A stretch of DNA of 64,000 bases from Amoeboaphelidium protococcarum X5. Lineage: Eukaryota; Fungi; Aphelidiomycota. Both the position numbers and the translations under genes were made by a program. Below, piece after piece: positions 39,623-52,391 of the stretch (positions are counted from its first letter, which is position 1; the number at the start of each line of letters is the position of its first letter). The notes beneath the pieces are model-generated. The model had not been told where the DNA came from, did not search any database, and was given only the letters and a program-made list of their open reading frames with translations. The stretch spans positions 112,441 to 176,440 of the forward strand of contig JALDTO010000206.1 in NCBI GenBank assembly GCA_023515725.1. The letters run 5' to 3'.

Positions 39623-40879
39623 TCAATTCCAATATTTGGAAAAAATCAAATTCTCTTCACTCTGAACGTTCTTCTGATCAGAAAGTTGTAAAGACTTTGC
39701 AGCCAGACGCCCACGTTCCACTGTGACTTTCTGCTGTGTCTTTTAATCAACAGCCTCAATCATCACTCTCTCCTTCTTGATGAATGCACCAAAAGCAATT
39801 TCAGGCCTCACGATATAGCATCGTTTCCTATCATCTCCACTCGACTATTAATCAATATCATAAGCTTATACCCAAATATGATCACATCCTTCTCCGCAAT
39901 CCACAGCCACATCTTTCTATGTCTTCATCGAGCCAGAGAACCGGCCCAAGATGTCAAGATTATACTCTTTCCAGATCAAATTACAGATCACACTCCTATC
40001 CATGCCTGAGCATTTCTTGTGACCATACACGAATTATCCAACTCTGTTTACCACATTGCGTTCGCCATCAAATCGCTACCTCCACCTAAGAATGTTAGCC
40101 ACCTCATTAGCACTAGTTACGGTGTAAGCTCTCGCGTCAAAATGCGCCAAGTGCTCAGCTTTAGTGAAAGTTGAAGTTTTCAATCGCTTGTACCCGGTGA
40201 CTCCAGCATCTGTACCAGCAATCTTCTTATTACTAGTGCTACTCGAAGTGTCAAACTAAATATCATCAAAAGCGTGATCATTATGGAAATGATAATTGAA
40301 TCTTTAAGTAGCATAAGCGGCGCTGATGGAAGTTATCTTGCTCATACGCCCACTATAGATATGAGTTCTCTTTTTATACTAACAAGTAGGATCGCGTTCC
40401 CTCAATGTGGCATACATCACATTGTCCTGATCTTGTACATGATACTCAGCTTTCTTCTAAACATCGCTATTGTTAGCAGCAGCAGTAGATACTTGGACAC
40501 ATTTGAATTCAGCAGGAGGGATGACCAGTGTGATTTCATCAGAGGTTGATTATCCAATACATGCATTAAAGTGATCAACCATATCAAGGGCAGTTTGGAT
40601 CATACAACGTGTAAAGCGATTATCGAACGCTCTCTTTCCATCTTACTCTCGCTATTACAGCAAAACTTGCAAAGGATCATCTTTATCCTACTATTCAGAT
40701 ACTTATGAGGAAGAGGATGATTGACTATGCGCTGGCGATACATTCAACAGAGGTTTAGTAAAGCTTTTAAATCCACAGCCATCCAATCTTATCACTATAG
40801 GGAGATGAGGTTCAAATACAAAATCAAACGTCTTTTCCGCATTCTTCACCTATGCCGTAATCTTTTACCACTTGCTCAT
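39623..40879 (-). CDS. tRNA(His) guanylyltransferase Thg1-like protein (TLP, 3'-5' polymerase), ~418 aa (absent from ORF track)
   Basis: PIVIRLDGCGFKSFTK, RAFDNRF, SDEITLVI, HIYSGRMSKITS, HFDARAY, ILRWRQRFDGERN and FGAFIKKE. Confidence 0.9.
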
Positions 40880-41038
40880 ATCTATTTACTACTCTCTGTG
40901 TAGATTGTAAATCGCGTGATATTACAGTAAAATTGAAAGGGGAAGAGGTGAAAACTGTAAAAAAGATAACTAGCTGAAGATCTTTAAAGTTTTAAAGCGA
41001 AAAGATATTGACTTTTGATTTAAATAATTGAAAGAAAT

Positions 41039-42193
41039 ATGGAATCATAGAAAGTAGATGGCTCGATAGATGCAATGGTTGTGAAGGCAGAAGATTTGCT
41101 TCTCTAGTAAGAGTATGAGACTGCGATATTATTTGCTCAGCGCGTCGTTGATCAGTTACAAGACGAAGAAGAGGCGGATATCACGCTATTACAATCTGCA
41201 CTAGAGATTCGCGGATAATGTGAAATGGAATTGCATCAATATGAACGCGCTATATAGACCTGGCTGAGTATTATAGAGCATAACCCGGATAACTTTTAGG
41301 CATACTTGTATTTGGGTTAACTTCACGCCGGTAAAGAGTCTGTTGAATACATTGAATAAGGAATTCAAAGGTGCCAACAAAAGTCGGCCATCTGTTCAGA
41401 CGACTCATTAAAATTAGAATTACACTTTTACATTAGCAATGCCTATTGTTCTCTAGTGGATATCTACATGTCTGATTTATGTTTTGAGGATGATGCTGAG
41501 TAGAAGTGTAATCAGTACGCGTCAAGCGCCATCCAATCGTGCGAGTCCAATCCAGACGCGTACATGACCATGGCCTCTCTCTAATTGACAATTAAAAACA
41601 TTGACCAGGCAAAATAATTCCTATTGCAAAGTGTATCGCTGTGGATACCACAAGATATTCTGGAGGTATGTAATGATATCTCCAGCTAGGATTATCAATT
41701 AATGTCACCAATGTCTGATATGCCGTCATACGAGTCGCGTTTGAACTTGGTTCGCCAGCTGATGGAGTGTGAGCTGTTTGACGTTGCGCTTATAGTCATC
41801 GAGTCTTTATTAGGCGAGAATGACGTGGATCTGAGTGTTCTGCACTGTAAAGCTTTGACTTACTGGTCCATGGCCTTGTAGAATATCACGGTCGCGCACT
41901 CCGAGAATAATGCCGGTGATTCATCATCAGTTGACATGGACGAGTCGCAACTTCTGGAGGTGTTAACCAGTGGCGATGTTGATAACATCCAACTGGACCA
42001 AGGAACCAGTTAGATAATTTCTGCATGCAAAGAAGTGCTTGAATAGGTGTAAAGTATCATGTAAGATGGCGATATTGAATAGGCGCTGGATGATAAGGAT
42101 TTACAAGAACTGTTCGATCTGTATGCAATCATTGCAAAGTTGCCCCTGGCATCACCGGTATAGACTGATCGAGACGATTCAGTGAATAGATGA
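41039..42193 (+). CDS. ACL4: TPR protein, assembly chaperone of Rpl4 (Acl4), ~384 aa (absent from ORF track)
   Basis: TPR helices and the Acl4 signature AYCSLVDIYMSDLCFEDDAEQKC, plus PSYESRLNLVRQLMECEL. Confidence 0.85.
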
Positions 42194-42422
42194 CAGCATT
42201 ATATATAATATATTTCCTTTCATTTCTTTCATTATTTTTCCTGATAATTTTGCTTTAATTACATAACAGAGCGCCGTTTCACACTATCATCAAAGGTAAA
42301 TAAACGCAACTGTTCGTGTGACACGTTCCCACCGATCTGTCAAACATTGGCCAGCTTTGTCACCATCATAATTAATGCAAAGCGCGAAATAGAAATCGAC
42401 TGAAGATATTTACAGTATCAAA

Positions 42423-44821
42423 ATGGAGAATATCATAACTGAGAATGATATAGACTTTTACGAGTCACGCAAGCTGCCTCTACCTGTGAGAAATCAAGAG
42501 TAGCTGAAGGAATGGGTAAGATATGTCCAGAAATGCATTATCGTCGTCAATTATTATTGTGAAATGAAACACACTCATTGTCTGGCGGGCCGGCGGTGGC
42601 GACCATTTCGATGCGATCCGCGTCCAATAGAGTGTACAGTATTCATTGTGTGTAGAAATTGAAACGCCCCGATATATGCTGCATCTGTTTCAAGGCTGAG
42701 TAGACGACAGACAATCCCATACTGAAATGCTCTGATCCGTCTTGCGATGTGCAAGTTCATGCGAAATGCTTCGGCATATCACCGGGAGCGATACCGTCTC
42801 AGGCTGAGGTATAGCAGTGGCTCTGTGAAAAGTGTCGCCTGGGAGAACACTCTGCATATTGTGCGCTCTGTCCCAATCTGGGCGGAGCTTTGAAACAGAC
42901 CAAGAAGAAGAATGTCTGGATTCACATTTTGTGCGCCATGTGGATTCCGGAGGTTACTTTTTAAAATGTTGATTTTCTATCTGGTATCGAGACTAAATAT
43001 GTTCCGCAGAGTCGCTTCAATCGCTACTGTTGCCTGTGTGCCAACTCTCATCTTGCCGGTATTGGTGCATGTATCGACTGCAGTTACGAGGAGTTTAGCG
43101 CGAAGAACCGAAAGATGACATGCGGTAGATCATTTCATGTTACGTGTGCTTCCCGTTACAATCTGCTCAATGATGCCGCTTAATTTAATTCTGAGCACAG
43201 CAGCAGCGATTATGATGCTGATGAACACATTGTCTACTGCAATGTTCATAGATTCGGGCGGTATCATGCAGAGCTCGATCACGATAGTTGTATCAATGCT
43301 TGGGACAGTTGGCGCGTCGGTCGTTATGCAGCGTCCGATGTGCTTACCGGAGACTAGATAAGAGAGTAAGAGTCATTGAAAATATTCCCTATTCCACCTG
43401 ATGAGAACGACACTTTTGAATGTGAACATGGACGCAGTGCTATTCCCACCAATCAATCGAAGAATGAGCGCAGCTGTCTTAAAGTTTTGCCGTAGTTGAA
43501 GGACATTAATAGTCCGTGCAAGCCGCTTTGGCTTAATGATCAACGTCGCTCTGATGAATCAGTGCCTAATCTTTCAGTATTCTGTAACAATCGACTTCCT
43601 GGATAAAGTGATTAGCCGCCATAGATCAACTACAGAGTTGTCTATGTCGGTCTAAAGAATGGTCAAGTCTGTGGTAAATGTTATACACGGTGTCTCCCTA
43701 AAACTGCTCCGGTTCTGCCATAGTATAGAGATTTTCTACTCAAGTGTTGTGTTTGTAGTCAGTCGTATCATCTTTGCTGTTTGGATACTCCGACGATGCA
43801 TCCTCCTTCTGATGATGATTCTAGTGACTCTGGAGCATTGTAAAAGTATTCCACTTGGAAATGCGACAAATGCTAGTCGCAAAAATCCTAACGTTAATCT
43901 AATCTTCTTAAAGATGTCAACGTGATGCCAACTGTGAAAGAACTTGACTCTGCTGAAAAGAAGCCTAAACGGATCAAGTTTGATTCGATTAATGATTCCG
44001 ATAAGTGTATAACTTCATAGCGATAGGAAGTGTCTGTTGCGACTTTGGCTGATAAATGCGCACCGATCATCCTTCTGAACCGAAATATAAGTTCGTACTT
44101 CAATGGTGGAGATGGCGCTATACGTGGCCCGGTGTTTGTACCACTTGAGGTGAGAGATTGGTACAATTTATTGCTCTATTCAGCGCAACGTGTCATTTTA
44201 AATTGTCCGCCTGATGCAACACATTCTGGCATCTCCATGTTGACTGAAGAGATTCCAAGGCAGTTTATATTGTAATTGCTAGAAGCTCATTGTAGCCGTA
44301 ATTAAGGATAGCCTCTCCTGCCAGAATCGACATTTCCATGTTAACAAGAAGGTAATTAATGCCACTTGAAGAGATCAATGTCTGAAGAGTCATTTGCTTC
44401 TGCTCCGTCTGAACTTGCGGATAATGTTGGTGATAATTCGCCTTTAGTTAAATAACGTCTGAGATGGAAAGTCAATTCCTAATCCAAAATGATGGTTCTA
44501 GATCTATATAAGCCGATATGGACTAGATATAGCGGTCGAGATAAAGAGGGATGGTGTGGTTTGTGTCAGCCAGGCACGTGGCTCAAAGTTAAGACCAGCG
44601 TCTATTGGTACCATATGCACTACTTCCACGGCGTCTCCTCAATCACTGGTACATTTTATGAACCGCCAACTGCCTATAGACTGGATGAAAAGGGTAGCAA
44701 GGAAGGCCGCTGCGGCAATTGTAATTAGTGGATATCAATTTAAGGGGAAAAGCACATCAACGTACAAGAGATCCATTGGTATCGCCACTGCCAACAATGC
44801 CACGACTCGAAGCTACCATGA
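42423..44821 (+). CDS. Chromatin reader/regulator: PZP (PHD-knuckle-ePHD) + PHD + Rua1_C (DUF4451), 2 exons, ~752 aa
   Basis: PZP: CCIC...VHAKCFG...WLCEKC, CALCPNLGGALKQT, WIHILCAMWIPEV, FHVTCA. Second PHD: CGKC...CCVCSQSYHLCCL...WKCDKC. C-terminal DLYKPIWTR...KEGWCGLC...YWYHMHYFHGVSS...WYRHCQQCH. Confidence 0.8.
42516..42655 (+). other. Spliceosomal intron, 140 nt (PZP gene)
   Basis: GTAAGA...GTGTAG. This acceptor restores the frame, whereas upstream AGs at 42630 and 42639 do not. Confidence 0.65.
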
Positions 44822-44985
44822 ATTGATGTATAATCGCAGACTTGATGGTGGATAGACGTATAAGCGATAATCACTGAGCTCTTTAACGCGTAGTAACTTA
44901 GATGAATTTTGTAATAATGATATAAAAAGGTACAATCTACCATGAAAACTTCATTTTTTATCTAAAATTTACTCAGATCAATAAA

Positions 44986-45204
44986 TCAAGCCAGCGGACT
45001 GATCAGACGCATAATGGAAGGCTTGGGATTGCTCTTAGTGTATCCTACACTGATAGCGAAATAGCGAATAATAATGAATCAGAATAATAGAACGTGATAG
45101 ACACCCCTACCTAAATACAACAAGAATGGGATGAATCCATAATGGAATGCCCATGCTCCAATCTGCACCACTCTCTGCACAATATCATTACGCGTATCTT
45201 TCAT
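44986..45204 (-). CDS. TOM7: Mitochondrial import receptor subunit Tom7, 2 exons, 50 aa
   Basis: MKDTRNDIVQRVVQIGAWAFHYGFIPFLLYLG|YTKSNPKPSIMRLISPLA*, containing the HYGFIP signature. Confidence 0.93.
45045..45110 (-). other. Spliceosomal intron, 66 nt (Tom7)
   Basis: GTAGGG...TATCAGTGTAG with an in-frame TGA. Only the TGTAG acceptor gives the conserved LYLG|YT. Confidence 0.9.
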
Positions 45205-45365
45205 CTTTTTTAACCAGTATACTCTTTAATCTACAAGGTATTTAATTCAATTTTTATAAAGGAAGAATAAAAGAGAAATCTGAAGAGAGAATTTCTTTGA
45301 TGAGAAAGTGAGCGCGTTCGATCAGCTTCAACTATCATCAGTAAGTGAATAAATATTTTACGTGG

Positions 45366-47363
45366 ATGGATTACTAAGATCTGCCTGAGCATGTGGACAG
45401 CGATGTTGCTATGGCTGATATAGTGACTAAGCAAAATTAGATTCCTGTGCCTACAGATGATGGTCAAGTCAGAGCTATCCTTAGGCGCGTTGGGTAGCCA
45501 ATGACACTGTTCGGAGAGGGCGCATATGAGAGGCGAAATCGTTTGCGCAGTATAATGGCAGAGTACTCGGACTTTAAAGTGAACACTCTTCTTCAATGGT
45601 CACAATCTATCCCTGGTGGTGATTACAGGAACGTCCCTATCCATGGTGTAAGCGGTGTCTCTAATGGCGATGATTAGAATCGGAGACAGATGTAGGAGCG
45701 TATGGAAGAGGAAACTGGAGAGTAAATGGAAGATGAAGATGGTGATTTAGAACAGGATGGCAATGATTATGAAGAATTCTTCATCCAAGGTGGTCCCGCA
45801 GTTAGGCAGATGAGAAGTGATATAGCGCGGTTTTCTCTACCTAGAACCAGGCACAGATTGAGTAGATAGAGAATGGAGCGACAGTATATTCAGTCTAATC
45901 TTGATGAGTTCAGAGCTTATAGACAGGATTTATATCTGAAACTTCGAGGTAACAATTCTCGGTACCAAGAGGAAGCTTATTAAATGTACGGTATTTAGAT
46001 CGCTTCTGACAGAGCTTTGTCTAGGTGTTAATTCTCTCCACACAATGATTTACTTGCCGTCGGTTGCTTTGGTGGATCTTTAAAGCTCTGGACTCTTCCG
46101 CAGTTTGATGATGATTTAGGTGATGTATCCGGTGATTGTGAAGTATTCACTTAACTACATGGACATTAGGATAGAGTTACCAGTATCGCTTGGAATCCAA
46201 CGCTAGATGAATCTAACGTACATTTGGCTTCCGGTGGAATGGATGGCTCCTGCTTTGTATGGTCCATTCCTTGTAATGATACAGGTTAAGGTTCACAAAC
46301 CACGTAGATTGGCGATGGTGGCGACATACGAAATGAAAGCAGTAGAACTTCGCCCGTGTTATCGTTAGATGGTCACTCTTTGAGAGTATCAGCGACAAAA
46401 TTCCATCCAAGTGGACGATATCTGGCTACAGGTTCGTATGATGCGTCATGGCGATTATGGGATCTTAGTGTGGGTATGGACGTGTCTTTGAACGGAGACG
46501 GCGGTACTAGGATGTTAGATGAAGAGGTGTTGCTTTAGGAAGGACATATGAACGGTGTTCACTCGCTGGATATCAACTGGGATGGATCTTTATTGGCGAG
46601 TGGTGGTGTTAGAGATGGTCTTTGTCGAATGTTTGATCTCCGCACTGGGAAGAATATTATGCTCATACCACCTGCGGCTACATGGAATCAGATGGAGAGT
46701 TCCGATTCGAATATTAGATTATAGCCTAGTAATCCAGATGGACATCATCCATACAGCACGATTACTCAACTGGCATATAGTCCGAATGGGTTTGACCTAG
46801 CATCTGCGTCCACTGATGGCTTTGTAAAGGTGCACGATCTGCGGATGCTCAGAGTTGCCAAATGCACAATAGCTGCGGCAGGATCTAGTGGTATAGTTAG
46901 TGGATTGTAATATAGATAGCGTAGATGGAGCGACTACTATGAGTCCAAAGCGGATTATGCAAAGAGTTTCAAATTTTTATAAACTATTGTCGGATAGCAT
47001 TGTTCATAGAATTAGCCTTCGGACTCAGAGATTACGTCAAAAAATTAGGAACCAGAAGATATAAAGTCTATTCCTGATGATAGTCTAGCACAGTATCACG
47101 CTGATTATATGGTAACGTCTTCGTTTGATGGCTTTGTTAAAATTTGGAGTTGCAATGACTATAGATTGCTGAAAACACTGGACTGTTCTTCCATGTTAAA
47201 TATGGACTCAATGACTGATGGGGATTCGTAAGTCAATAGAAGGCCACGGCTAGAGAAGTTGATGGATGTCAGTCAAAGTTCTGATGGTCGATGGCTGGCC
47301 AGTGCTCAGTATGACAAGGCTTTTAGTTTATTCCACGCCACGGACCTAGATGCATAGCAATGA
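45366..47363 (+). CDS. PRPF4: U4/U6 snRNP protein Prp4 (SFM motif + WD40), ~665 aa
   Basis: [45 protein letters not shown], and WD repeats such as [31 protein letters not shown]. Confidence 0.92.
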
Positions 47364-47490
47364 TGGTAGAGTTATGACAACAGGTGATTCATGTAAGAAA
47401 ATCACAGAGGTTTCTATATATATATATTGTAAAATAATAAATAAACATTATCGTTTAACCAATTGTATAATAATCAAATTCTGTATATAA

Positions 47491-50120
47491 TCACTTTTCA
47501 ATCATAGAGAGTTCCAAGGCGTAGAGTAAGTCTTCATCAACAACATCATTATGACTGACAACCTTGACAGAATTGTTACTATTGCTATTGTTATTGTTAT
47601 GTACATTCCTGCTCAGATTGGAAAGGTGAGAGTCATAATAGCCATCATCCATGCCGGAGGTGTTGGCAGAGTCAAATGAATCCTCCATGGGCGTATCCAA
47701 TCCAGCATCTTAAGAACTCAATGCTGGAGCCGGCAATAATTGCTCATCCACGTAAGAATTGAGAGATCCATAATTCACAAAGACTGGCGATGTATGGACA
47801 TTATTCGGACGCTACTAGGAAATAGGGATTCCATGACATAGATTCTACTGAGATGTTGGCGGAGATCCTAGAAACTCATTCAGAGATAACTTGCGAGGTC
47901 TTCCAGAAGACTTTTCATGTTATTATAACTACTAACTAGTGGATGTAGACGAAGTGTTGGAGCTTTATCGATCAGAAAACTTGGAATTAGCGCCAGATTA
48001 GGCAGACGCTGCAGGGGCGGATGAGCCAATTGGAGGAAAGTTCTCCTCTGTTTTGAGTACAGCTGGTTCTAATTCATCTTCAGACTATAAATGAAATTCT
48101 TGAGAATATGGAATGCTCATTCGTTGACTACCCTGATAATCATTGGCAAACTACTGCAGTAGTGCTTCTTAATGCTTGATATCTGCAAGGAGGTGATCTG
48201 CTGACGGTGTAGATTATGACTGCAATTAACCAGATGCATTCTCCAGAGACATGAGTTGTGCATACTTGATCATTTCATCTTCAGTCATTCCCTGAATGTT
48301 ATAATTCTGTATAGACTTCCTCTACTATTCCCTTTATTTCCGCTCATTGGCCAGCACCATGTTACTCTCCTTCACATCTCGCTTCATCTCCACCATCAGC
48401 TTAGCTCGCTGACTATGTGCTTGCTAATGTGCAGATGTTCGTCTATTCTGATATCCACCAATACCATTTCTATTCTTTTTCTTTTTAGCCGATAAATGCT
48501 TAAACTTTGACAGCAAGTTATCCGGATCCAAATTCCACACTTTCAACTGCCTTCCCACTCCCACCGCCATATGGTGTAGAGAAGTTGATAGACACTGCAC
48601 CTGCGAATTCGCTGATAACGATGAAGAACCAGCAGCTGCCATCGATATGTCAGAAGTGGATGAAGATTAACGTCTCCCCTCAGGGAATTTTGCATTGTGT
48701 CGCGTGCTGAAACTCCGAAGAAGCCGTCCACTAACCACATCAAATACTTTCAAATAACCGTCTGATCCACCAGATGTCAATTTGAACGCATCAATATCAA
48801 TAACTTGGACGGCGTAGTAGTGAGCCTACCGTATAGAGTACGAGCAAGGCAGCATGAAATCTGTAGACTTTCGCTCGACCAAAGCACCGCAGTCCCATAA
48901 GTGAACACCTCCTGAAGAGTCACCGGCGGCAACAACACACAATTACCTCTACTTCAACTCTCCCCTCTGTTCCATAAGAAACTTTTCTGAATCCCAAGTT
49001 ATACACGTAAAGGACGCAGCCATTGGATTAGCCAGTGTGGTAACTAACTTGCCTACGCATTTGTTACTCTGAATACTTAATACCAGGAATTACATACCAA
49101 CTGGGAGAAACACCAAGCCAGAATGCACATCATAGAAAAACTTGAACAGCGTAATACTGCCAACATCTGATGCGCATTATGATATATCAAAGACGGAAGG
49201 CGTATAATTCTATCCACTAAAAGCATTATCATCCATAGCTGCCATTTTATTCCAATAGACGAGCCTCTAATCTGCAGTCAGTGCAATCACAGTCTAAGTC
49301 TTTTAATCATAAGCAAACGTCTTCACAGCGGATCCAGCATCTAATTTACCGATCATCTGTCCAGTCCTAAAGTTGACAAACTTTATAAACCCGTCGAGAG
49401 AACCAGTTATGAGCACTTTATCACCACCATCCTGTCCATTGACAGTTTCAATACCTGTGATGGCAGCAGTATGAAGATTTTTGATTTCCCGACGTCTCGC
49501 CAAACTTCCACCATCTTTAAAATGTGTTACAATAGTTACCGTGCCATCGACTCCGCCGGCTATTATTCGATTAGAATTCATCCGCAAACTTGTCAACTGG
49601 ACTGGCAATGGCTCCTAATGATCGCCACCGCCGTTATTTATATGGATAACATCCTTCATCACTCTACCCGTGGTAGCATCACACATCGATACCAGTCCGC
49701 TCTAAAGACATGCAAGTAGAATATTGCCGCTCTTACTATCAAATTACACGTTCAGCTTGTCAATCTGCCCAATCCTTCCATCAACCTGGACATTTCCACT
49801 GCAAATACCACGCGACCATATGCGGTGCAAGTTTGTCCTCAGCACCAGTTCACCTCTCCAAGTCCTGGCCAGTCGTCTGAACGGAGCACTTCCCCAGCGA
49901 TGCAGAAACGCATTCTTCCAGCAGCTTTCGTCAGTTATAATGGATCTCCATCCTTTAGTCACAAAAGCACATCCTCTCTACATACATGATTGAATTGAAT
50001 GATGATGGTACATGAAGTTCATCAACACTATCATATAAATAATAAAATTACCAAGTCTGCCGGATCCAAGTGGGCCAAGATGTGCACAAACAATTCATTA
50101 GGCAATGTTGAAATACTCAT
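47491..50120 (-). CDS. F-box/WD40 protein with UIMs (Pof10-like), 2 exons, ~851 aa
   Basis: F-box ISTLPNELFVHILAHLDPADL|RGCAFVTKGWRSII, FRRLARTWRGELVLR, WD repeats, and terminal UIM VDEDLLYALELSMIEK*. Intron 49978-50051. Confidence 0.82.
49978..50051 (-). other. Spliceosomal intron, 74 nt (F-box gene)
   Basis: GTAATT...GTATGTAG; removal completes the F-box. Confidence 0.85.
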
Positions 50121-50491
50121 AACTATAATTTAGTTCCCAAGACGTTGATATACAAAATTTTACCCAAATTTCACTCTAACAATAAATAGAATCCAGTCAA
50201 GACTCAGTAATTAAAATTTATTCAGTTAACGTGAGAGACTGTCTATACTAAAGGGCAATGAAAGAGCAGCTGACCAGTTAGTTTCCTCAATGAAATCCTT
50301 TTATAGAAACGCGTTTCACTTCGGGCGCGCTGATTTGATCTGCTGACCTTTCTATGATCTTGAACTAACTACCATTAAGAGTTCACTGTAAATAGAGATT
50401 ATAGTGTAAGTGATTGTATCCATAGAAAGAATATGTTGATTTGATAGAAATTCGTGTGTATTGCATTGTATTCAAATATATATAAAAAATT

Positions 50492-52057
50492 TCATTATTA
50501 CTATTACTTTAGGCTTCTCTGCTGCTTCTTCTCCTCACATTATTTAATGACCTGCTTCAACTTCAAGGCTTCCAGCTTCTCAAACTTCTCCTTGATTCTC
50601 ATAGCCTCTTCAGCTATGCGACCAAAAACTCCACTCAGCATATTCTTTGTATCCTCGCGTTCATCCTGAGTCATTTCTTCACACTGCGGCAATGAACACT
50701 TGGCCTTCTTCTGCATCAAGTCACACAGAGTGTCCATCAGCTGGTCTCCAATCTCCTCAATCTACTTCTTCTTTGTCGGACTACTATTGTTACTACTAAT
50801 CGGCGCACTGACGATACTCTCCATGGACGTCGTACCATCATTCTGCACTGATGATTCAGTCAAAGACAAAGGCGTATCCTTTTCACCGCTGCTAGAAGGA
50901 CCACTCAGACTGTCACCAGACTACACGGCAGACTTTTGATCGCTCGACACATCGTCAGACTCTTGCACGAGTACCTCATTAGGATCAATTAAATACTGAT
51001 CAGTGAAAAGAGAATCGCCATTGATCAGTGCAGCAGAGGGAGTGTTCACTTCATACTGCTACATACTCGTCAGGTTGGATGAATTGATTTGCATCTTCTG
51101 CTGTTGCTGCTGAATAAAATTGCTATTCCACAGTGCCAACTAATCCCCGTTCAGAATACCATTACCTCCAAACGCCAGCGGCAGCGATGTCAAATCATTA
51201 CCATTAAATAAGGCAAGTCCCTGAGAGACGGAGCGATCATCCGATAGTCCAAATTAATCGCTGGGTGGAACAGATGTACCAGTGCCAGACATGCTTGAGC
51301 TGAGAGGAGACAAAAGTTGATCATGAAAGTCATACAGCTGGTGACTACTACTACTGGATGGGCCACCTGCGGCATTGTTCAACAACTAGTTATTTCGCAG
51401 ATCATCAAAGAACTGCTCCATTTGCTCATCATCGACAGGAGGAAGGCTCTGCATTTACTGTCGCTATATGTATCTCTGAGCCGATGGAGTGTAACTGAGG
51501 TTAGTACCGCTGAGAGATGGCACAGAAGACGTGCGATCATCCTGGCCACTAACACTACCGCTCCCACTTTACTAAGACATCGACGTGGCCAACAGCATTC
51601 TCAATCGCTCATTCTCCTCTTTCAAGTGATCAATCTAAGACACTTGGGATGACAAATCCTTTACTCTCTGCTCCAGCCCACGCAGATACTATTCCTTTCT
51701 GACGCGGAAGGTACGTTGAGCCTATCGATTCTATTCGGCCCTCTTGTCACTAATCGATCTCTTCTTGCCATTATTATTACTACCACTGCCAACACCGGAA
51801 GACGTGGCTCTTCTGCTCTTTCTATCGCTAGCAGAAGGAGACTGTTATCTGTCATCATTCATCGGACCGTCTTCATTGTCATCTCCAGCCACATTCATCT
51901 ATCCGCGGCGATCAGTGTAAGTATTGGCACTCTAATCAAAATTCATGCTCATCAAACCATTCTACTACTATTGCGGTAGAAACTAAGCAAATGAATCCAG
52001 CGATTCCAACGTTAGCAATTAATCTTCGACGGACGGCATATCCAGAGCTAACGTCAT
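50492..52057 (-). CDS. bZIP transcription factor, Yap1/Pap1-like, ~521 aa
   Basis: Basic region KRAEQNRQAQRTFRVRKEQYLRGLE with a leucine zipper. C-terminal redox domain MDTLCDLMQKKAKCS (compare DGLCSELMAKAKCS). The start may be 52039. Confidence 0.85.
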
Positions 52058-52391
52058 AATTTGCAATGTATTATTCAGCGAGAGAATAAAAAGTGGATCG
52101 TAACAGCAAAAAAAACTGCCACAAACAACACTATGAGAAGGGAGAGTGTGAGTGGTGTGACTAAGCAATATCTGTCGTGGCTCCTCCGCTGATTGATTGA
52201 CTGATTACGGAAGAAATCGTTGTGAATTCTCCGCGCTTCTTTTTAGTAATTTCGGAAACAAACACTTTGGGCCCGTCATCCGCGCGTTCCGTCCAATCGT
52301 TCGTGTGGCTGAGTCACTCCGTAATAATAAAAGCTTAAAATGTATGGAGTGAGTGATTAATTTGAAATTATTTTTCATTTAAATAATGAAT

